The translations under genes and the position numbers were made by a program. A stretch of DNA of 64,000 nt from Prevotella sp. GTDB taxonomy: Bacteria; Bacteroidota; Bacteroidia; Bacteroidales; Bacteroidaceae. Each line of letters begins with the position of its first letter. The first letter of the stretch is position 1. This document shows positions 38,677 to 46,235 of the stretch, in pieces. Under the pieces are notes generated by a model that saw only the letters and a list, made by a program, of their open reading frames with translations, did not search any database and was not told the origin of the DNA. The stretch covers positions 23,504-87,503 of the forward strand of contig JBMNUV010000006.1 in the NCBI GenBank assembly GCA_050946455.1, in the 5' to 3' direction.

Positions 38677-39326
38677 GAACAATATCCGTCGTGTAGTCGC
38701 ATCTCACGGAGGTCCCGTCGCTCCGCGCGGGACGACATCCGACAATACAATTCAAAAGTAATAAAACGTTCAGATAATCATTATTACATATAATATATAG
38801 GGTCAACTTTGGCAGTCGTCCCGCGCGGAGCGACATCCGACAACACAATTCAAAAGTAATAAAACGTTCAGATAATCATTATTACATATAATATATAGGG
38901 TCAACTTTGGTCGTCGTCCCGCGCGGAGCGACGGGACCTCCATGCTTCGCGGGACGACATCCGTCAATAACCAACATCTTACTCCGCTCGTAGTTCTCGC
39001 GCTCCGCGCGGGAACAATATCCATCCCGTAGCCGCAACTCACGGAGGTCTCGCGCTCCGCGCGGGACGACATCCGACAACACAATTCAAAAGTAATAAAA
39101 CGTTCAGATAATCATTATTACATATAATATATAGGGTCAACTTTGGCAGTCGTCCCGCGCGGAGCGACGGGACCTCCATGCTTCGCGGGACGACATCCGT
39201 CAATACAAATAAATACTATTCCAAATTAATAAAGACCACGGGCATCCCTTATTACCTATAATAATATTGGGTCAACTTTGGCAGTCGTCCCGCGCGGAGC
39301 GACGGGACCTCCATGCTTCGCGGGAC
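38677..39326. repeat. REP/REPIN-like array: GC-rich palindromic units alternating with a 78-nt AT-rich spacer
   Basis: 46-nt unit GTCGTCCCGCG...CGCGGGACGAC at 38913 and 39149 (43 nt at 39284); reverse or partial units at about 38708, 38815, 38997 and 39043; near-identical 78-nt spacers at 38737, 38835 and 39071, plus a diverged 89-nt spacer at 39195. Confidence 0.85.
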
Positions 39327-39354
39327 AATTTTCGGCAAATAAAACTTCAACTCT

Positions 39355-39448
39355 GGATTGAGCGACAATTGTCGACATGCATGTCGGCAATTGTCAACGA
39401 GTTTGTCGGCAATTGTCAACGAGTTTGTCGACAATTGTCGCTCAATCC
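39355..39448. repeat. 94-bp element with perfect 23-bp terminal inverted repeats and 22-nt internal units
   Basis: GGATTGAGCGACAATTGTCGACA / TGTCGACAATTGTCGCTCAATCC; internal TGTCGGCAATTGTCAACGAGTT units; same family at 54045-54136 in the opposite orientation. Confidence 0.8.
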
Positions 39449-39705
39449 CAAACAAATAGTTTTTGAGTTGATAATAGCAGTTCCCGAGCCCTTCTTTCCT
39501 ACTGTATTATCTTTAAGATAATACAGATAGGGTGATTCATATTTTAGAGCAAAGTCACAAACATTCATAGCCAAAGAATGATTCAAACAACGAACAAGAC
39601 TATTAATCACAGCATCCAAAGCGAACGATAACCACCTACATAATTTGCCCAATCAGAAAAGTGGGTAAAGACGTTTGGCATAAGTGGCTCAATCGGGAAA
39701 GATGG

Positions 39706-39713
39706 TACCTTTG
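39706..39713 (+). promoter_or_regulatory. -7 box (TACCTTTG) of the PepSY-TM gene
   Basis: TAnnTTTG match 24 nt before ATG 39737. Confidence 0.6.
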
Positions 39714-39736
39714 CACAGAATTAAATAGATTAATCA

Positions 39737-40483
39737 ATGAGAAAGTTTTGTTTACGTATTCATCGTTGGCTCGCCATCCCCTTGGGCTTGTTTATCTCGC
39801 TCATCTGTTTTTCTGGTGCCATCATGGTGTTTCAGGATGAGATTGCCAACTACATTCTTGGAGTTGAATATTCCCACGACGTTCCATTCTTCATGGCGAT
39901 AAGACAGTTACACCGCTTCCTGTTTGATGTCCCTGCTGATTTACGCAGTGGCTATACGGTGGGACGCGTCATCGTACTGCTGTCCGCTATCGGCATGTCG
40001 CTCATCCTTCTTTCGGGCATCGTCATTTGGTGGCCCCGAAACAAGAAGATGCTCCGCAACCGCCTGACCGTTCATTTCAACAAGGGCTGGCGGCGATTGG
40101 TCTATGACTCCCATGTATCACTCGGCATCTATGCTTTTGCTTTCCTGTTGCTCATGTCGCTCACGGGTCCTGTGTTCTCCGCATGGAAACCCTATCGGCA
40201 AGCAGCACTGGTCGTCACCCAAAGACAAGAGAACCCGTTACAAGGAAAAGCTCGGCAAGCTGAAGTTGCCACGCGTGAGAATCCGCATGTGGATTTCAAC
40301 CATCACACAGGCGTCAACCCGACACAGTTTTTCTTCATGAGTTGGCATACCGGACGCTGGGGCGGGCTCCTTACCCGCATTATCTATTGTTTGGCAGCCA
40401 TCATCGGTGGACTGATGCCTTGGAGCGGATATTATATCTGGTGGAAAAAGAGAAAGGCAAAGAAGTTAGGAATTAGGAGATAG
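39737..40483 (+). CDS. PepSY-associated TM-helix inner-membrane protein (XusC-like)
   Basis: RIHRWLAIPLG..I...CFSGA, QLHRFL, SGIVIWWP, YDSHVSLGIY, WHTGRWGG, SGYYIWW; the conserved His residues are typical of PepSY_TM reductase-like proteins. Confidence 0.85.
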   Translation: MRKFCLRIHRWLAIPLGLFISLICFSGAIMVFQDEIANYILGVEYSHDVPFFMAIRQLHRFLFDVPADLRSGYTVGRVIVLLSAIGMSLILLSGIVIWWPRNKKMLRNRLTVHFNKGWRRLVYDSHVSLGIYAFAFLLLMSLTGPVFSAWKPYRQAALVVTQRQENPLQGKARQAEVATRENPHVDFNHHTGVNPTQFFFMSWHTGRWGGLLTRIIYCLAAIIGGLMPWSGYYIWWKKRKAKKLGIRR

Positions 40484-40672
40484 GAGCAATTTGAGTTAGG
40501 AGTTAGTAGATAGGAGTTAGGAGTTCTGCGCCCCCACTATACTTACCGAACCTACTACACCTACCGTACTCCTTCTGATAGTGCGCAGCTAATTATGCAT
40601 TGTGCATTATGCATTATGCATTATAAAAGGCGCGCAGCGAATTATGAATTATGAATTGTGAATTATGAATTA
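40464..40672. repeat. Modular heptamer-array element overlapping the PepSY gene stop
   Basis: (GGAGTTA/GGAGATA)n - CTGCGCC - ACCTACTAC module - GCGCAGC - (CATTATG)n - GCGCGCAGC - (AATTATG)n. Confidence 0.85.
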
Positions 40673-40729
40673 AGCGGAGCGTTTATCAGCATCAAGTTAT
40701 AAAAAAATTGCTAAAAGTAAGCCTATGTG

Positions 40730-40762
40730 TTTGGCTTAAATTAAACATTTTGCGTATTTTTG
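40730..40762 (+). promoter_or_regulatory. Bacteroidota promoter of the tannase gene
   Basis: TTTG (40730) + 21 nt + TATTTTTG (40755). Confidence 0.65.
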
Positions 40763-40790
40763 AGTCACAATTTGAAATAACAAATCAGTA

Positions 40791-42278
40791 ATGAGAAAGA
40801 TACTATTATTAGCCGGTCTGACAATAGCCTTAAGCACGATGGCAAGACCGAAGCAACAGGCAACACTGCAATTCGATGCCAGTAAGGGACAGTCGGAAAC
40901 GCTGGAAATGCCCAATGGCAAGAAAGTGAGCTACACAGCTTACACGGGTCTATATTATGTGACAAACGTGGAGGATTCCACCTATCAGTATCTGAACGTC
41001 TTTGTGCCAAATGGCGCCACGCAGCAGACTCCCATCTTCCTGCGCACCTATGTAGGAGGCTATATGGCATCGGCTGCCGGAATGCCACAAGCCGGTGATG
41101 CGTCGGGACGCGCCTTGGAGGAAGGCTATGTGCTGGTGATTCCCGGTACGCGCGGTCGCAACTCCACTATTAAGAAAGGTAAGAAAACCATCTATACGGG
41201 TCGCGCGCCCAAAGCTATCCTCGACCTCAAGGCTGCCATCCGCTATCTGCGCCATTTCGACGAGCAGATGCCGGGCGATGCCGAACGCATCATTACCGAC
41301 GGAACCAGTGCGGGCGGCGCCATGTCGGCGTTGATGGGAGCCACGGGCAACAATCCTGCCTATGAGCCTTATCTGAAGGCGATGGGAGCAGCCGAAGAGC
41401 GCGACGATGTATTCGCGAGCGTATGCTTCTGTCCCATCACCGACTTGGAACATGCCGATATGGCATACGAATGGCTCTATGGCAATACCAATAGCAGACA
41501 GGCTAACGATGAGGAGCATCGACAAGTAACGAATGAACTATCTGCAATGTTTCCAGAATACATCAACAGCCTACAACTGAAAACTTCTGATGGAACCCTG
41601 CTCACAGGCGATAACTATCTCGACTTCATCAAACAGGAGATTATTCGTGCCGCGCAGATTGCCAAGAATGCCGGTGCCGACATTCCCGACTCGCTCGGCT
41701 TCAAGTTCTCCGAGGAAGCAAGTTTCGGAGCACCGCCCATCAATGGTGGAGTCAACAATTCTAAGTCCACCCAACCGACGACTGGCGGCATGATGATGCA
41801 CCGCGCGAAGCGTCAAGGTGAATACATTGTCGACCTTGATATGCCCACTTATCTGAACTATGTGGCAAATAAGACCGCACTGAAAACCGCTCCCGCCTTC
41901 GATGCCAAGGGCGTGGCAGGTGACGAGGCAACTGGCGAGAACGAGGAGTTTGGAGATGAAAAAGGTTCAAGCGTCAACTTCACCGACTACAGTGCGGCAA
42001 AGAACGGTACTGCGGTAAGCGATGAGGTGAAGCGCTGGCTGCCCCTGATGAATCCCATGTCGCAGATTGGAAAGAGCAACGTCACCGTTGCTCCCCATTG
42101 GTATATCCGCCATGGTGCCATTGACAGGGACACCTCCTTCCCTATCCCGCTCAATCTGGCTCTGAAACTTCAGAACAGCGGTAAGGATGTCAATTATCTC
42201 TTGGCTTGGAACCGTCCCCACAGCGGAGACTATTCGCTTGACGAGCTTTTCAGTTGGATTGCCTCCATTGTGAAATAA
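40791..42278 (+). CDS. Secreted tannase (tannin acyl hydrolase, TanB/TanA-type)
   Basis: Collinear with Lactiplantibacillus TanB motifs: YLNVFVP, DLKAAIRY, nucleophile GTSAGG, CPITDLEHADMAYEW, K.APAFD, EN..FGD, HW.IRHG..DRDTS, PHSGDY; signal peptide present. Confidence 0.88.
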   Translation: MRKILLLAGLTIALSTMARPKQQATLQFDASKGQSETLEMPNGKKVSYTAYTGLYYVTNVEDSTYQYLNVFVPNGATQQTPIFLRTYVGGYMASAAGMPQAGDASGRALEEGYVLVIPGTRGRNSTIKKGKKTIYTGRAPKAILDLKAAIRYLRHFDEQMPGDAERIITDGTSAGGAMSALMGATGNNPAYEPYLKAMGAAEERDDVFASVCFCPITDLEHADMAYEWLYGNTNSRQANDEEHRQVTNELSAMFPEYINSLQLKTSDGTLLTGDNYLDFIKQEIIRAAQIAKNAGADIPDSLGFKFSEEASFGAPPINGGVNNSKSTQPTTGGMMMHRAKRQGEYIVDLDMPTYLNYVANKTALKTAPAFDAKGVAGDEATGENEEFGDEKGSSVNFTDYSAAKNGTAVSDEVKRWLPLMNPMSQIGKSNVTVAPHWYIRHGAIDRDTSFPIPLNLALKLQNSGKDVNYLLAWNRPHSGDYSLDELFSWIASIVK

Positions 42279-42429
42279 CAGATTTCCATTGCGGGAAACT
42301 TATTCGAGGGAAAGAACAAGAACGTTTGAGGAAACCTCGGATTGACGTTTGACGTAAACGGTCGACACACAATGTTCGCTATCTTTGCAACAGATTAAGA
42401 TAATTGAACAGGATGATAGTCGAACAAGA

Positions 42430-42580
42430 ATGGAATACGTATTACTGAACGATAATGCCATGATGCCGCAACATGGCTATGGCATTCATCTCATTTCTCC
42501 CGACGAGTGTGGGCGTTGTTCGAGCGACGCTCTGAAGGTGGCAACAATATCAACTGCCATCGCAACCCGAAACTTGTCAA
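42430..42580 (+). pseudogene. Degraded 5' fragment of an aldo/keto reductase gene
   Basis: MEYVLLNDNAMMPQHGYGIHLISPDECGRCSSDALKV..ISTA resembles the AKR N-terminus (MEY..LNNG..MP.LGYG....PDEC...V.DAL..GYR.IDTA); similarity then collapses. A TATCTTTG box lies at 42380. Confidence 0.55.
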
Positions 42581-42671
42581 ACGGTTCATGTCACGATGAA
42601 GAAAGTGACATCAACCTCTATTCGCCCCGGGTGCACTTCCATCCGGGGCTGCTATATCTAAATTGAAGAAG

Positions 42672-43961
42672 ATGATGAAAAGAATCCTAACTTTATTGAT
42701 AATTTTTAGTTGGGTTTGTCTCGGCTCATGGGCAAGTCCCAACGGCACACTGATGGCTGGGGCGGCACAGGGAGACATCACGCCCCCTGGCTCGCTCTTT
42801 CCCTTCCAAGCCCAGCATGAGTCGCATCCCTACACAGGCATCCACGACAGTCTTTTCGTGCGGGCTTTGGTGATGGAAGCCGATGGTCAGCGTGCCGTAC
42901 TAATGGAGTTGGACGAAGTAGCGATTCCCGAAGCCGACTCTCTGCGACAGTTGGTAGCACGTGCGGCAAATACTACAGCCAATCATGTGATGATGACCGT
43001 CAGCCACACGCATTCCACACTCCATCCCAGCCGAAGTGATGCCAGACTTCAATCTGACATCGACAAGATTATCTCCAACAGCGTAAAGGCAGTCCGTGAG
43101 GCTGCATCACATTTGGAACCCGTGTCGGTTGCCTTTGCCCGTACCAAGGCATACGTCAATGTGAATAATGGCGAGGTGGTGCAGAGCAAGGGGCAGTATT
43201 ACGATGATGCATTCTCCGATAAGACACTCGACGTAGTACGATTCCTGCGCCGCGACAGTTCAGTGCTTGCCCTGATAGTCAACTACGCAACACACGCCGA
43301 AGTGATGTTCCGCAGTGTGACGCGCGACAATGGATATGAAATCACAGGCGACTTGCCGGGACGCGTGGCACAGTTGCTCGAGAGTCAGTATCCAGGCAGT
43401 GTGGTACTCACCACTCCAAGTGCGGAGGCTGACCAACAACCGCTTTTCACTTCCCGACAGCGCACCGAGACGCAAGGCACTGTGGACCAAGGTATTGGCG
43501 GTTGGAACGTGATTGACGTTCAAGCGCGCCGCATCACCGATGCTGTAAATGTGGCTGTCGGGAAGATGGGCGCGGGCGATGCGAAGGTTCAACTACAGAT
43601 TGACAATACTGAAGCAGTGGTTCCCGGAGCTCACCGTCACCGTATGCGCCATTCGGGCAGAATGGTGGACGAGGATGCTCCCGATGTGCACATTCCCCTC
43701 ATGCAAATTCGTTTGGGCGACATTACCTTCCGGGGCGTTGGTGCCGACATTGCCTCAGAGATGGGCGTGACATTCAGGGATGCTTCCCCTGCTAAACACA
43801 CGATGCTCATCAGTTGCATCAATAATTCCGCAGGCTATGTGCTTTCTGACGAAACCTACCGTCACTACACCCACGGCGTAATGGCTTCACGGATAAAACC
43901 GGGATATGCCCAACAGGCAATCAGCAGTGCTTTTCAGGAGATAGACAAATCCAATCAATAA
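42672..43961 (+). CDS. Neutral/alkaline ceramidase N-terminal-domain-like hydrolase, exported
   Basis: AGAAQGDITPP, GIHDSLFVRALV, SHTHS, NYATHA, GDLPG; signal peptide. Confidence 0.72.
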   Translation: MMKRILTLLIIFSWVCLGSWASPNGTLMAGAAQGDITPPGSLFPFQAQHESHPYTGIHDSLFVRALVMEADGQRAVLMELDEVAIPEADSLRQLVARAANTTANHVMMTVSHTHSTLHPSRSDARLQSDIDKIISNSVKAVREAASHLEPVSVAFARTKAYVNVNNGEVVQSKGQYYDDAFSDKTLDVVRFLRRDSSVLALIVNYATHAEVMFRSVTRDNGYEITGDLPGRVAQLLESQYPGSVVLTTPSAEADQQPLFTSRQRTETQGTVDQGIGGWNVIDVQARRITDAVNVAVGKMGAGDAKVQLQIDNTEAVVPGAHRHRMRHSGRMVDEDAPDVHIPLMQIRLGDITFRGVGADIASEMGVTFRDASPAKHTMLISCINNSAGYVLSDETYRHYTHGVMASRIKPGYAQQAISSAFQEIDKSNQ

Positions 43962-43966
43962 AGACA

Positions 43967-45292
43967 ATGAAACAATTCCATATCTTGAAACTAATCTTAG
44001 GATGTTGTATGCTTTGCCATACTCAAGTGGGTATGGCTCAGAAATACAAGACACAATATCTGAGTATCGGCAGACAGTCGGCTGTTCTTTATCAACCGGA
44101 ACAGCCTTCGGAGAAGTCTTCCATTGGCATAGTGGTGATGCACTCCAATGAGGACTATTTAGGTTTTCTTGCCAACTCCGAGCTTTCCCAACGTGGCTAT
44201 ACGGTTTTGGCAACCCTTCCTGCCGAAGGTGATATGATGGACGCGAAGTTGCTCAGCGTTAAGGCATGTGTGGACTATCTGCGGTCAATGCCTAACATCA
44301 AGAAAGTGTTGTTGCTCGGTCACTCTGGCGGTGCCACGGTAATGACGGCATACCAACTCATTGCCGAAAAAGGCACGGGCGTGTTAAAGGACAAACTATT
44401 CAACGCCTACTCCCGCGACCTCAGTCATTTGTCGAAGGTTGATGGTATTATCCTCCTCGATGCCAATTATGGCAACAGCGTAATGCGCCTGCTGAGTCTC
44501 GACCCCAACATCAAGGGACGCGGACAAGGCAACGGCAATCCGCACCGCCTCTCACTCACAGATACTTCCAAGGGCTATGCGGAGAATGGAGCTACCCACT
44601 ACACGAACGAATTCCGTCGGCAGTACCTTTCGGCACAGCGCCAACGTCTCAATGACTTGATGTCAGAAGCCCAAACACGTCTCGACAGTATCCAGTCAGG
44701 ACACGGACAGTTCAGCGACGACGAGCCTTTCGTGGTGGCTGGAGCCAACCAAATGCGGTTCTACAACCGAGTGTTCCCGCAGGACCTTCATCTTTTAGCC
44801 CACACGAAGGGCACATACACATTGCTTCATGGCGATGGGACAGTTACGAAAGAGGTGGTGCATTCTGTCAGGGCTCCCCAGCAAGGCGAAGTCAAGACAA
44901 CGAGTCTCGACGCTGCCATGAACACTACCGTAAAGGGCTTCCTCAGTGCATGTGCCATCAAAGTGAATCCCGACTTCGACATCACTGCAACGGGGATTGA
45001 GGGCATTGACTGGACTTCCAACATCAACAATCCTATTGGCAATTCCACGGGCATCACTGTACCTATTCTAATGATGGGCATGACGGGCAGTTGGGAATAT
45101 TTAGCTTCGGAGATGATTTACAACGCTTGTCCTTCCACGGACAAGAGCATTGCCTTTGTCGAGGGGGCTTCCCACATGTTTGAGCCGGACAAGGCGGCAG
45201 AGGAATATAATCACAAAGACTATGGCGACACGGTAAAGGCGCTCTTCGACTATGTTGACCAGTGGCTGAGCAAGGAAGGACGATTCATGTAG
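43967..45292 (+). CDS. Exported alpha/beta-fold hydrolase
   Basis: Nucleophile elbow LLGHSGG, C-terminal EGASHMF; signal peptide. Confidence 0.78.
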   Translation: MKQFHILKLILGCCMLCHTQVGMAQKYKTQYLSIGRQSAVLYQPEQPSEKSSIGIVVMHSNEDYLGFLANSELSQRGYTVLATLPAEGDMMDAKLLSVKACVDYLRSMPNIKKVLLLGHSGGATVMTAYQLIAEKGTGVLKDKLFNAYSRDLSHLSKVDGIILLDANYGNSVMRLLSLDPNIKGRGQGNGNPHRLSLTDTSKGYAENGATHYTNEFRRQYLSAQRQRLNDLMSEAQTRLDSIQSGHGQFSDDEPFVVAGANQMRFYNRVFPQDLHLLAHTKGTYTLLHGDGTVTKEVVHSVRAPQQGEVKTTSLDAAMNTTVKGFLSACAIKVNPDFDITATGIEGIDWTSNINNPIGNSTGITVPILMMGMTGSWEYLASEMIYNACPSTDKSIAFVEGASHMFEPDKAAEEYNHKDYGDTVKALFDYVDQWLSKEGRFM

Positions 45293-45318
45293 AAGATAAT
45301 ATTCAAAACATAAATATA

Positions 45319-45954
45319 ATGATGATGAGACGAAGAAAATTAATCATTTTAGCAATGACAGCATTATTCCTGATGGGCGGCACCTCTTGTGGTCGCTCCT
45401 CCAATGGTCAGAGTACAGAACAGTTGGGAGACTCAACTGAGCAAGCAGTTTACAACACCATACTTACGAGAAGCAGCATCCGAAAGTATGAAAACAAAGC
45501 AGTGGAGAAAGAGAAAATAGAGAAACTTCTCCGCGCTGGCATGGCGGCTCCATCGGCTGTGGACAGACGTCCTTGGCATTTGGTCGTCGTCACAGACAAG
45601 TCAAAGTTGGAAGCCATTGCACAAGTTACTCCCAATGCACGTAGCGCAAAGGATGCTCCGCTTGCCATCGTGGTTTGCGGTGACATGACAAAAGCGTTAG
45701 AAGGCGAAGGTCGCGACTTCTGGATACAGGACTGCTCGGCAATGAGCGAAAACATCCTGCTCGAAGCCCATGCCTTAGGACTTGGCGCAGTATGGACTGG
45801 CACCTATCCCTCACAGGAGCGGTGTGAAGCCGTGCGCAAGGTGTTAGGTTTGTCACAAGACCTGATTCCCTTGAACACCATCGTCATCGGCTATCCTCAA
45901 GAAGAAGGACAACCCAAAGACAAATGGAATCCCGACGATGTGACCTATATGTGA
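45319..45954 (+). CDS. Nitroreductase family lipoprotein (paralogue of 32546-33154)
   Basis: Lipobox GTSC; TRSSIRKY, APSAVDRRPWHL, RDFWIQDCS, LGLGAVW, KDKW. Confidence 0.9.
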   Translation: MMMRRRKLIILAMTALFLMGGTSCGRSSNGQSTEQLGDSTEQAVYNTILTRSSIRKYENKAVEKEKIEKLLRAGMAAPSAVDRRPWHLVVVTDKSKLEAIAQVTPNARSAKDAPLAIVVCGDMTKALEGEGRDFWIQDCSAMSENILLEAHALGLGAVWTGTYPSQERCEAVRKVLGLSQDLIPLNTIVIGYPQEEGQPKDKWNPDDVTYM

Positions 45955-46042
45955 TATTCTCTCGATATGCGATATATTTTGGTTAGTATTCTCAGAACTT
46001 AATTCCACAGACTTACCGTCTGGTTTCTGAAGAGAGATTCTG

Positions 46043-46104
46043 CATCTCCCCTTAGGCGCCTCGCGCAGGAATATCGGCATCCTGCGCCGCGCCTTTGGGA
46101 GATG
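46043..46104. terminator. Long hairpin between convergent genes
   Basis: CATCTCCC..AGGCGC..GCGCAGGA / TCCTGCGC.GCGCCT..GGGAGATG nested stems. Confidence 0.5.
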
Positions 46105-46235
46105 TTCTGTTATTGTTATCGTGCATAGCTACAACTTATAGATATGAAAGAAGTTGCAGCTATGATTTGATAGTTCAGTTTTCTATTTCACAAGAACCTT
46201 CCCCTACCGTTCTTAACTTCCATTACTTTATTTCC

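Noticed and set aside
38677-39326. CRISPR array
   Set aside because: Spacers are copies of one another, repeats occur in both orientations, spacing is irregular, and there are no cas genes.
38651-39652. Short ORFs over the REP-like array
   Set aside because: Translations merely mirror the repeat units in several frames.
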